Assembly (NCBI RefSeq): GCF_002571385.2
Contig: NW_019217939.1
Span: forward strand, 154,326 to 218,325
Origin: Stylophora pistillata
Taxonomy: Eukaryota
Reading direction: 5' to 3'
DNA length: 64,000 nt
Shown: positions 23,145 to 34,826 of the stretch, in pieces
How the letters are laid out: every line of letters starts with the position of its first letter
Numbering within the stretch: the first letter of the stretch is position 1
Notes under the pieces: model-generated
What the model saw: the letters and a program-made list of their open reading frames with translations, nothing else
Databases searched by the model: none
What the model was told of the DNA's origin: nothing
Position numbers and translations under genes: made by a program

Positions 23145-23678
23145 ATGAATTTAAAGAAACTTGAACGTATTTCGCCACCAGTGGATCGATTCTGGAGGCG
23201 AAAGAGAACCCAAACGTGGCCGAATGTTCCGTTATCGGAACTGAGTAAATTAAAGGGATGGAATCTGCTAGCGACGATTCCCGAAAGCGATGCAGTAAAA
23301 TCTTCGGAAAAGAGTTCGGGGCGACGAGCTCGCGCCAAAACTGTTTCAGACCTCCGAGTGCGTATTCAAGATGAGCAACTGAGAAAGATTATCTTGGAAG
23401 TGCTTACGTCGTATTTGTCACAATTTTCAGAATATAATCATATTCTTTTCGGACGGCTTGGCCCCTTGCTAAGTGAATTGATAAAAGTTCGTGTCGAGGA
23501 GTGCATTGAGGAACGATGTAAAATAGTCTCACAGGTTTATATCGGAGCTGTTGTTGGTGAAGGAATAGACGCGGCAACACAATGTCTATGGACGCCACAT
23601 TGTGATAAATATGCCACGGCTAGTTATGGTACTCAGTTTTTATTTGCTGTGGGAATCGTGTTCGTTGTACAATTATAA
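23145..23678 (+). CDS. Tctex-1 domain-containing protein (dynein light chain Tctex-type family, TCTEX1D-like), single coding exon, 177 aa
   Basis: C-terminus LSELIKVRV...RCKIVSQVYIG....GIDAATQCLW...DKYATASY....LFAVGIVFVV fits the Tctex-1 pattern; first ATG at 23145. Confidence 0.8.
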   Translation: MNLKKLERISPPVDRFWRRKRTQTWPNVPLSELSKLKGWNLLATIPESDAVKSSEKSSGRRARAKTVSDLRVRIQDEQLRKIILEVLTSYLSQFSEYNHILFGRLGPLLSELIKVRVEECIEERCKIVSQVYIGAVVGEGIDAATQCLWTPHCDKYATASYGTQFLFAVGIVFVVQL

Positions 23679-26370
23679 AGTAACGTAGACATCCCCAACA
23701 GGGTGCTGCGTATCAATTACGTGTGTCTGACACCCTTAGTTTGGTGAGACAGCACGGCAGCTCACGTGCGCGTTCCCAGCAGACGGGGACATTTATCTGA
23801 TGGGCTTGTTGATGTCAAATGGAAATCCTCTAAGTACGGGAGAATTTTTTAACATTTTGAAATTCCAATAAATCGATTCTTTGCCGGCTAGAAATAGGTT
23901 AAAGCCTGTCAGAAATTTATTTTCTCCTCGACTGATACAACCCAAAAAATTAATTTCAGAAAGGTTATCGAAGGGATTTAAATAAACTGCGAACTAAGGA
24001 CGATTAGTATAAATCATAGTTAACATGGTACTTTCCATCTGATTCTTGGTCTTAAGTTGCATCTTTAATCCACTCATGGGTTCAGCCTTATGAGCCGAGC
24101 TTAATACCTTGTTAGAAAATCAATGAACGTTCTTTTTCGATTGAGATCTGCTCAGCAATATAAGAGTTCCTTTTGCGCACGCGCGGGGAGAGGGGGTTGA
24201 CTCTTGTGTCGTTCGCGTTCCTCGCGAGAACTTCAAACCTGGAAATCATTGATATTTCTCTGGGTTGCGCCACAGTTATTACGAACTAAGACCAAAAAAG
24301 GGCAATGCATAGTGAAATTTTAACATTAACTTTGACTTACCCTCTCAAGGATGACTACTGGGTAAAGTATCTGCTTACAGCATCATGAACACATGTTCAA
24401 GCAGAAAGGTGATGGGAAAAAATATGCGAAGGTGACGTTCAATTTCACAGAGTCCAAATGAAAAGAAAACTGATAGCAGGCTAGACTTGACTGTGGCAAA
24501 AACTGATTATGAGGCCTTAAAGAGTGAAAAGGTATCTGGGGGCTGGTGGTATTATTAGGATCTTTTACCTCGTGGAGTCTAATTAGTGTGATACGAGCTT
24601 CCAAAGCCTTGAAAAATTATGTTTTCATAAACATATGAACGTGTGCTTTCGTTGCACTTCTTACCTACGAGGGAAGAACTTTGCAAAGCATGCTTCACGG
24701 GTGAACTGTAGATGCGCGTCACCAATGTCTTTGCCGGTATTGAGTTGCAACGCGTTTCTATGTGAATCACTAACGTTTTCCTTGTACAACCCTGCATAGC
24801 CAGTCATGCAAGTTCTGCCGGGAAGGAGAGTTTAGGCCTCTCTAGATTGTGCTTGTAAAAGTAGGTTGTTATACCACTAGCATTGCCCATTCTTTTTCCA
24901 AATTATACTCAAAATTATGCCCTTTTTTAACTTTATGCTTCTTTTGTGCTTTCCGAAAAAAATTTTCAAATCATGAATTTATTGTTGCTCAGATAAAACA
25001 CAACTACTACCATTTTGTTGCATGTGAAAGCGTGAACAATCACCCATCCCCCAATGCAAAGTTCAATGATCAAGAGCAATCAACACTTCCGGCGTGTACC
25101 CAGTCATCTAAACGAGGAGCAACGCGAGTGTTGTGTAAATCTTCTTCCCCCAAAACTGCAAAATTGAAAATAGGCTGAGCCGTGGACCGCACTTGCAATG
25201 GCTCATTAATGTTCCCCTCAGAAAAAAATATATATCATCTGGTCTCAAACCTGACCATAACCATCCCTCTCGTTTAACTCTTTTATACGCCGACCCTTTA
25301 ATTAACGTCCAATAAATAGCAACTCTCATGTGATGAGCTAGAGTTTTAGGCGTTCATCGATCATTTGAGATAGCTGAACTGATATAATCGAAGTGAGGAA
25401 ACAGCTAGAATTAGAACCGTGGCTTTTAAGTGACCGTAATGGTAGTAGCCCTGATGATCTTTACTTCTATCGCCTAGAGCAACAATCGTTTGAATTGAAA
25501 GCGCCTGGCAAACTGTCTGTGAGATAACAATTGTGAAATACTCCACGATTTTCAAAGAAAGAAAAAAAAGAACGATACAAAGTGCTAGGAGTCAAGACTA
25601 CTTTCTATAATTTTCAATTCTTCGGACAAAGTGTGCTTGCGAATTTCTCTCCCTTCTCCCACCATGATATCGACACCAGCGATTATTATTCTTTTACTCT
25701 ACATCCTATTTTTTTTTAATCTGACGGGGATAAGATAAGAAGTCGCAATAAACTTAACCTTGTAGTGTAAATACCTCAAACGAAGCCAATTCAAGTCATT
25801 CTTGTGCAAACGGCAGATACCATATGGCGCTCAACAAGGCTCATTTCTTGTTTGCATAAGAAGCCATAGGAAATTTATTATCTCATGATTTGAAACTTTT
25901 TGATGATGTGCCGTAACTTCAAAGTAAGGCATTTTTTTTTCCTCTTGTTTCTCTTGCGTAAAATAATCTGTGTTTTGAAAACTAATTATACCGTACATAC
26001 TTGAAAAAAAATAATCATAAAATAGAATACTGAGCTGCGGTTGTTCCTACGAAAACAGTTTTAGTTGGGACAGCGGTTGCGCAAACGGGATGGCACCATT
26101 GACATCAGCCCAGACAGATCGGATTCCGTCTCCATTCTAACCAGCAGCATGCAGCATGGAAATCATGATATCGGTTATGCTAACGTAAATTTTTAATTTT
26201 CGGCCATCATGTCATCTTTCTTATTTTAAAAGACGAATGAGAAATCTTGGGCATTTTGATATTAATAAGTTTTTATTTTCAACAAGCTCTCAGTTTCCAG
26301 AACGAAATTCTTGTTTATATCACAGGTACCATCAGTTGACGCATTGGCGGTGCAGCGGCCTAACCATACT

Positions 26371-26446
26371 TGATTCATGCGCGATTCACGCGCGATTCAC
26401 GCGCGATTCACGCGCGATTCAGACGCGATTCACGCGCGATTCACGC
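26371..26446. repeat. 11-bp CpG-rich minisatellite (GCGCGATTCAC)n
   Basis: About 6.5 tandem copies. Confidence 0.9.
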
Positions 26447-26813
26447 ATGACCATGCTCGACTCGCCAGCCTTCGATAAAGGCCTAAAACGCGGCCCAAGC
26501 AAGCCGGGAAGAAATGTGGTTGTTCTTTTAGACGCACGAAAAGACTTGCTTCGTCCGGGATGCGCTCTGATTGGGTTGATCACGCGCTCCATTACAGGTC
26601 GGGAGAAAGATTGTGTAACGCAACTTCATGTGTGGCCAGTCGGCTTGGCGAAGGGAACATTGCACCTTGACGAAACGAAATGCTCCTTGGAAAGTCGAAA
26701 ATGAGCAAGGGAGAAATAATAAGATTGATTTTAGCCAACTAAATGTGGAATCTTACACGATAGACTGCAGAAGGGATTGGTTTTCATCATCTCCCTTTTT
26801 TTTTTTGGGGGGG

Positions 26814-28160
26814 TTGACTGTGGCAAAAACTGATTATGAGGCCTTAAAGAGTGAAAAGGTATCTGGGGGCTGGTGGTATTATTAGGATCTTTTACCTCGN
26901 NNNNNNNNNNNNNNNNNNNNNNNNNNNNNNNNNNNNNNNNNNNNNNNNNNNNNNNNNNNNNNNNNNNNNNNNNNNNNNNNNNNNNNNNNNNNNNNNNNNN
27001 NNNNNNNNNNNNNNNNNNNNNNNNNNNNNNNNNNNNNNNNNNNNNNNNNNNNNNNNNNNNNNNNNNNNNNNNNNNNNNNNNNNNNNNNNNNNNNNNNNNN
27101 NNNNNNNNNNNNNNNNNNNNNNNNNNNNNNNNNNNNNNNNNNNNNNNNNNNNNNNNNNNNNNNNNNNNNNNNNNNNNNNNNNNNNNNNNNNNNNNNNNNN
27201 NNNNNNNNNNNNNNNNNNNNNNNNNNNNNNNNNNNNNNNNNNNNNNNNNNNNNNNNNNNNNNNNNNNNNNNNNNNNNNNNNNNNNNNNNNNNNNNNNNNN
27301 NNNNNNNNNNNNNNNNNNNNNNNNNNNNNNNNNNNNNNNNNNNNNNNNNNNNNNNNNNNNNNNNNNNNNNNNNNNNNNNNNNNNNNNNNNNNNNNNNNNN
27401 NNNNNNNNNNNNNNNNNNNNNNNNNNNNNNNNNNNNNNNNNNNNNNNNNNNNNNNNNNNNNNNNNNNNNNNNNNNNNNNNNNNNNNNNNNNNNNNNNNNN
27501 NNNNNNNNNNNNNNNNNNNNNNNNNNNNNNNNNNNNNNNNNNNNNNNNNNNNNNNNNNNNNNNNNNNNNNNNNNNNNNNNNNNNNNNNNNNNNNNNNNNN
27601 NNNNNNNNNNNNNNNNNNNNNNNNNNNNNNNNNNNNNNNNNNNNNNNNNNNNNNNNNNNNNNNNNNNNNNNNNNNNNNNNNNNNNNNNNNNNNNNNNNNN
27701 NNNNNNNNNNNNNNNNNNNNNNNNNNNNNNNNNNNNNNNNNNNNNNNNNNNNNNNNNNNNNNNNNNNNNNNNNNNNNNNNNNNNNNNNNNNNNNGACCAT
27801 GCTCGACTCGCCAGCCTTCGATAAAGGCCTAAAACGCGGCCCAAGCAAGCCGGGAAGAAATGTGGTTGTTCTTTTAGACGCACGAAAAGACTTGCTTCGT
27901 CCGGGATGCGCTCTGATTGGGTTGATCACGCGCTCCATTACAGGTCGGGAGAAAGATTGTGTAACGCAACTTCATGTGTGGCCAGTCGGCTTGGCGAAGG
28001 GAACATTGCACCTTGACGAAACGAAATGCTCCTTGGAAAGTCGAAAATGAGCAAGAGAGAAATAATAAGATTGATTTTAGCCAACTAAATGTGGAATCTT
28101 ACACGATAGACTGCAGAAGGGATTGGTTTTCATCATCTCCCTTTTTTTTGTGGGGGGGGT
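26814..28160 (+). repeat. Second, gap-containing copy of a 2.3-kb segment (24487-26813)
   Basis: 26814-26899 equals 24487-24572; 27795-28160 is nearly identical to 26449-26813. Confidence 0.8.
26900..27794. other. Assembly gap
   Basis: N run. Confidence 1.
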
Positions 28161-29384
28161 ACTACGTAGTTCTTTTTTATATCCTTGCGTGACAATGCCT
28201 ATTTTCGACCATTATCGAATACCTGAGAAAATACACGCGCATTAACTAGTCAAAAATCTATTGTTTATTACTCTAATTAATTAAGAAAACTATTTGAATT
28301 AGACAGATGAATAACGAAAGCTCATTTCCTTTCGGGTTTTCAAGATGATTATAATTCTTCTGAGATTCTTGTGGGAAAACTTATAAACTATGATGGCACG
28401 TGATTTACAAACTATGTGGGCGCGACGTTGCGTCAGCAACCTCATGTGACTCCGATTCACGGGAACGAAGTAGACCAAGATAGTGATTCTGGAAAGCTGT
28501 TTACAAAGGCCAATGGGTTAGAAAAATGTTAAAAGTTTTCGTGTTTAGTTTTAAAGAAATGGTTTCGGTTTGTGTGTTTACGCGAGACAATTTCCATAAA
28601 AGGGATTAGGGAGATGTGAGGCGGTAGATTCGACACTATGACACACGAATAAAAGCTTACCAAAACAGCTGTAATTAAAATAACACGCACTCTTCAGTGT
28701 TCTTCATGAAAAGAAAGAAATACTCTCTTAGTGCATTATTTAAGCCGGTGCAGTACTCGATTTTAAGTTTTCTCAAGAACCAAACATTTACATGGGCAAT
28801 TAACATCGTTTATCTATGAGAGAACAGGAAATTCACGCGTTTCCTCGCATAACGTAGTGTTTGTCAATCGGAGGACTGTTTAAGGAAGTGTAGCACGTAG
28901 TACCCTTTTGTGCATTATATCGATTTTATAAGTGGCTAGACGGTAGATATGAATCAGGTTTTATTGTCCGTGCGAATTCTCCCAGATGAGCGGTGTTTGC
29001 CAAGTCGCTTTTGTTATGATAGGTGTGAAAAAGTTAAAATCCCTTTACTAATTATAGTTCTTTACTATGATTTGTCGAAAACTCGAGATCCAGATCAACA
29101 TAGATTGATACCTATCAAGAACAAAGCGTACTAAATTGACACCTAACTTGGTAAGTCCCGCCTTCTAATCGCGACAAACGGACTTGTGACCAAAGAATTT
29201 CCGATGTCATCGATTAGAGAACTTACGAGCCAATCAAGATACGCGGTTTTGATTTGTAACAATCTTCTGTGGCATAATCGCACATTTAGCTGTTCAGCCA
29301 CTCTCACTTGAAAAAGTAAAGGGACAATGCATTACCCTTAGCCCTGTGAGGCCAGAGAAATTTGATGTTCTCGAAAGGGAAGAT

Positions 29385-30783
29385 ATGGAAGCTTTTGACA
29401 ACGTCACGCCAGCGAAAGCGGAGGCTGCTACTCTAACATTTTCCACCGATCAAGTAGCTTGTGTTTGCGATGCGTTGAGGCAGTCGGGAGACATCGAGAG
29501 GTTGGCTCGATTTCTATGGTCACTCCCACCAAACGAGCTTCTAAGCGGAACGGAGAGTGTGCTGAAAGCGAGAGCTTTCGTTGCTTTTCACCGTGGAAGG
29601 TTCCGCGAAGTGTACACGATACTCGAAAGTCATGAATTTGATCCGTCTTCGCATGAAATGCTGCAGAACATGTGGTATAAAGCTCATTACTGCGAGGCCG
29701 AGAAGTTGCGTGGACGAGAGCTTGGAGCTGTGGATAAATACAGGATAAGACGAAAGTATCCACTCCCACGGACTATTTGGGACGGCGAGGAAACAGTTTA
29801 CTGTTTTAAGGAAAAATCACGGCAGCTGCTGAAGCAATGTTACGAGCAAAATCGCTATCCTACCCCGCACGAGAAGCGACTCATCGCTAAACAGACCGGA
29901 TTAACTTTGAAGCAAGTGAGCAATTGGTTCAAAAATAGAAGACAACGCGACAGAATTCCCTCGAACAAAAGGTACGATCACACGAGAATTAGCTCTTTAT
30001 GTAAAAAGGAAATTATTCCACGCAGTTGTTTACTTATGTGTTTTTACTTTAAGATATGTCGTTTAGTGCAGTTGGTATTATTTATTCGTGATACGTTAGT
30101 AATTGTTCAGTCGATTACCTGGTTTCGTTTCTTTTTTGTGAAAAGAATACTTTTCAAAATTACATAAATCCCTCCATTAAGTAGCTGAATATATTTTGAC
30201 GAGAACTCTTTAATCAGCTGAGATTGAAAGCTACGCTATCTTTGTAAAGTTAACTGCTTTCTATAGTCTCCTAATGGCCCACATCACAGGCTTAATTCGT
30301 ATCAAACCGAGCAGTAATTTTGAGTTGCGTATTTGAGAGCGTGCCTTGTTAAGAACAGGATTTGGTATATATGAAGTTTCCTTCGACTATCAAATCTGAA
30401 CAGCTGGGTTGAAAATGACCCTTGTCACAACAATGCGATTTATTTACCTTTTTATATTTCAATATACGTTCTCATGTTGCACAAAGGTAAACTAAACATG
30501 ACTTCCCTGGTGTTTATTTCATAGCGACGAATCACTAAGGAAGAGCATAGAAACAATGGCCCCAGATTCTCCGAATGGAGGTGTGGATGAAACACTATTG
30601 AGTGGTAATGTCGAGTCTGAAGACGATGATATTCCTCCGCCATTGACGAAAACTGAACAAGAATTATTAAACAACTGTCTGTATCCTTCAGCGAATCTCA
30701 ACGGACCGGGCGAGGCGGTTCAACTAGTGTGCGTAGAAATGCCGAGCGAAGAAGTAATTGTTGTGAAGAAGGAGCAATTTTAA
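29385..30783 (+). CDS. six4/5: SIX-class homeobox protein, Six4/5 subfamily (exons 29385-29971, 30525-30783; 281 aa)
   Basis: SIX domain ([13 protein letters not shown]...[12 protein letters not shown]...[20 protein letters not shown]) + homeodomain with the diagnostic ETVY tetrapeptide and K50 (WFKNRRQR); phase-2 GT-AG intron joins in frame to an acidic C-terminal exon. Confidence 0.95.
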
Positions 30784-33203
30784 CGTTAGAAAATTGAGAA
30801 ACTCGTGCATGCTGTAAACTTCAAACTTTGAAAATGGCAGAGAACGTGTCCTCGATGATTTCGGGAGACAATGAAATTTGGATTGAACTGAAAATGAGTT
30901 TTGTATAATTAATTTCTTATGAAGGAATGTCAGTCTCTAAAGTTGTGTCAGAAGCAAGCCAAGGACAATAACTTCAATTGCGCCAAAGTGAGTTTTCTTT
31001 CGTGTTATTATTGTACAAAATGCGACTTGTTATTTTAGTAACTCGAATGACAGGAGACAGATATATGTCTATCGCGTTGTTATCCGATCTTCAGGTGGGA
31101 AAGATCGAAAGAAAAAATGAACAGTTCCACTATTCCAGTCGTGTGTGAAGCCACTCAGGTGGCGAGAGAGCTAGAGGCTAGTATGATTTTCATTTTCGCA
31201 CACTGATTTTGGATTCCCCTGATTCGACTTTTTAAGAAGCTGGAAAAGAAGGACTGCTCATATCTGTGATAGATGGGTGGCGGGCGACACAGAGACATAT
31301 CATAACAGAACGCCTTTCATCAGATTCTAAGTGCATATCAGTCATCTGTTTATCTTCGTTTCGAAACACTATACGGTTTGAAGGTGATTAGTGGTAAAGA
31401 CCTTTCGCGAAGTAATGTAAAACGTGATCGGTCATTCTCGGTTTTATTAAATCGATTTCCGTTGCCGGCGACAGCGACATTCCATGGGCATTACAGCGTC
31501 CTCAAACGATATCTACAACACGTTGATGAAATTTTAATGTAATAATCCTTTCATGAGAAAATAATGTACACAATGAAATGTTCGCTCCAGTTAAATAAAA
31601 ATACGGAACTTGCAAATGACCCCACACGGGGCTTGGAGGAGCGATTGACAAATGTTGTTATCCTTTGGTTAAAAGCAGGGCGAAAAAAAAAAAAAAAATC
31701 AGCGGTGAGGCTCTTAAGCTTATTAGTCTTCTTCTCAGGTTTATTTCTCAGAACACGGACGCCACGCGCGATGGTGGAGAAATCCGAACTCGTGCGTTTT
31801 TGACGCGTGACTGTGGTAACGCTATGCTGGCAAAAGCTCTTCTTTTGATTTCTCCCCCATCCCAGCCTCGTAGCCCTTTTCACGCTGTGGTTATATCAAC
31901 TGGATTAAACACGTGGAGTTCAGAAATTGCACACAATCCTCTCCGAAATGTTCGAAATTCTTGGGAGTGTTGGATGTTTCTTCGAGAAGTGTCAATGGAA
32001 GACAGTATATTTGTCCTTTAGTTAATGTAATATCCGAACTTATGCAAATCAATCAATCTCTCCTTTCGTAACACATGAGAACTTGAATTTCGAAAATTTT
32101 GATCGAATGCCTGCAGAAGACCTTTTTTGCGAACGTGACGAGAGTATTTTCCATTAGTTGACTAATTTTCAATACCCGTGTTACCAGCCGCGCTCAGTCT
32201 CAAACCGAACGAATGCCCGACAGTTAAAAAGTTCGGTGTAACCTCTGTTTTCTCTCTGTTTTAAAGTTTGTTTGGTCTGTCTTGTCATAATCGCGTTATC
32301 AAGATGCTCCTTCGCAGCTAGCTCGCAATGAATCTGATATGACTGAGAAAGCCTGGGTTGAATATCCGGGAATTTTAGAAAATCGGCGGGAAATTACAGA
32401 AAGAGTTCGGAACGTTGGCTTACGAAAATGAAGCTTTTAAGCTCGAAATTTTACGGCTGCAGCGCCATTTAAAGGTATGTTTTGGTTATTTTGTAATTCA
32501 GTTCACTAAAAGTCATTTTTTTTTTTGCGGACCCAATCGGCTGCGCCTCATTTTGACCACTATGATGACGAATATCTTCGATAAGAGTGCAGAGCACGCG
32601 TCAAACTACTGTCGATTTGTTAACTCGAGATCTTATCTACAACCTCCAAGAAACTTCTCTACCGGCAGCCCACGACTACTGAATGAAATGGTCGATATTT
32701 AGTTGAAGTCAAAGCAAAATTTTGTCACAATGCAAATGTAGAGCATTTATTATTTTGCCCAAACCCAACGTAACGCCGTATTTATTCTTTTCACAATACC
32801 CCAATACCTAGCTAAACAAGACTAGTCTTTCATGTTTAGAAGTAACACTGAAAAACTTCGTCAAATACTGAGTTAGGACAATACCTCTGAGGAAAAAAAT
32901 AACTAACTTGAAAAAAGTTTTTGGGTTGACTTGAATTCTGTTGCTTTTATTTTTTTGTTCAAGTGGAAATTTCGGCTCTGTGGAGGCAAGAATGAAATGT
33001 CGTATACTTAACATAGTTTTTTGGGTTGCATCTAAGCGTAACAAATGTGGGCTGTTCCCATTCCTTAGGTTCTTCAAAAAAAATGTGAAAGGGGGAATCA
33101 TCTGGGCAGAAAATAGCATAGACCATAAAAATTTTGTTGTATAATTCCACATGTTAGCAAACGAGTTCTCTGATAGTTAAATGTACACAATGTTCCTCAA
33201 GTG

Positions 33204-33391
33204 NNNNNNNNNNNNNNNNNNNNNNNNNNNNNNNNNNNNNNNNNNNNNNNNNNNNNNNNNNNNNNNNNNNNNNNNNNNNNNNNNNNNNNNNNNNNNNNNN
33301 NNNNNNNNNNNNNNNNNNNNNNNNNNNNNNNNNNNNNNNNNNNNNNNNNNNNNNNNNNNNNNNNNNNNNNNNNNNNNNNNNNNNNNNNNNN
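33204..33391. other. Assembly gap
   Basis: N run. Confidence 1.
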
Positions 33392-33544
33392 GCTCGACCA
33401 ATCAGATTGCTGGAAACTCTTCGCTCAGCTCTGTAATTATACTAAATACAATTAGAAACATAAATGAGTAAAAGTGATTAAAAGAATTTATAAATACTCT
33501 GAATGTCTTAATGTTCAATAATGTTATATGGAAATCAATTCCAC

Positions 33545-34140
33545 TGTTCATATGCTTAAATGTTCTTGCAATATGAAGTGAAATTACCAGGATGGCCTTC
33601 TGCATTCTTGGTCCACCTCTCTTGAGCAACCGCCAAGGACATTTATGATTAATATATTATATTGAATGATCTTGTACCCAGGGTATCTGTTTGTGAGCTC
33701 TAATCATAGTTGACGATACTTTGGTCTTTTCAATGTCTCTCACCTCTCTGTTTTCCAGCCAGGGCAGCTCATCTCGCTGGCTGCAACTTTCTTGTTTCAT
33801 TTGTCAATAATTGGGACATCGATTCTGTTGGCTTTCACCAATGTCGTGTCTGCATATAAGGCAATGCCCTGGTAGGTGGTAACATGTTCATTCTTGTACA
33901 TTGGCTTTGGTACAGCTGTTGAGAACTTGGCTCCACTTTTACTGATGAGGTTCAAGGATCTCAGGACTTCGAAGAATAGGATTTTAAGGTCATTATTATG
34001 TCTCCATAAGTACTTGGTTTGCGCCAAGTGCTGCAGCCAGATAGAATGTACCGTACATTCTCTCTGAACCAGTATTTCTAGTCATGTATAGCATCTTTTG
34101 AATATTCACCCGTAGCAAGTCTACCTCAATGTGTGCTCCA
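33545..34140 (-). mobile_element. Degraded 3' fragment of an RLE-type (R2/R4/NeSL-like) non-LTR retrotransposon
   Basis: Minus-strand peptides LAQTKYLWRHN, KANRIDVPIIDK, EMSC/PWLENREV..IEK, LELTNRYPGYKI, VLGG, MQKAIL..SLHIARTFK match the RHN motif and restriction-like endonuclease region; frameshifted. Confidence 0.75.
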
Positions 34141-34650
34141 TCCTTCTTACTGTTTTCTGAAAATGACCATTAACTGAAAATTTAGCTGAAGTTACGGTAA
34201 GTTAGTTGTGATTTTTAAATTGTGATGAAGAATCACCTACAACAGCTTAATTATTACTGAAAATATGAATTAAAATTGTTTAATTCTCCATCATTTCACC
34301 ATGGATGTCAAATTCCTATACCTTTTAACAAGGATCAATTTGTCAGACATTATTAAGCCTATTATTTCTACTTGATTTCAAGGCTAGAAGAAGCTGGGAA
34401 TGGGTTTCTATCCACACTTTTTAGCATTTGTTAAACTATGAAGTTACCTTTGCCAGTTCAAGTTTGTGCATCGTTTCTTTTTGAGTTAACATTGAAATTG
34501 ATAGGCCTTTTCTGAGTTACCTTTGGCCTCTTTTTCAAAATGAGGCCTGTTGTTATTAAACCATTTGTATGAAAATGAGTTTAGTTTGCATGTGAAAGAA
34601 AGTCTGTAACCATATGAAAGGATAAGCACCAGGACTTGTTTTGAAAGAGG

Positions 34651-34826
34651 CAGGGCTCAACACTCACTTTTCAACTTACTGGCCAAGTGGCTAGTGACAT
34701 CTTAGATGTTAAGACAATTTCAGGTTGTTTACAAGTCAAACTGGCTAGTGGAAATTGAAAATCACTAGCCAAAACTGAATTTCTACTAATCTGTGGCTAG
34801 TGGGCTACTCTTAGTGTTGAGCCCTG
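34651..34826. mobile_element. hAT-like MITE with 14-bp TIRs and 5-bp TSD, nested in another repeat
   Basis: CAGGGCTCAACACT ... AGTGTTGAGCCCTG; AGAGG on both flanks; host repeat 34501-34857 resembles 3977-4157. Confidence 0.75.

Noticed and set aside
26371-26446. CRISPR-like array
   Set aside because: Contiguous 11-bp tandem units without spacers; eukaryotic context; no cas genes.
26851-28050. Long ORFs of 319-399 aa
   Set aside because: Artefacts of translating through the N gap; the same applies to ORFs across 33204-33391.
29972-30167. C-terminal part of the 273-aa Six4/5 ORF
   Set aside because: Intron read-through; a donor at 29972 splices in frame to 30525.
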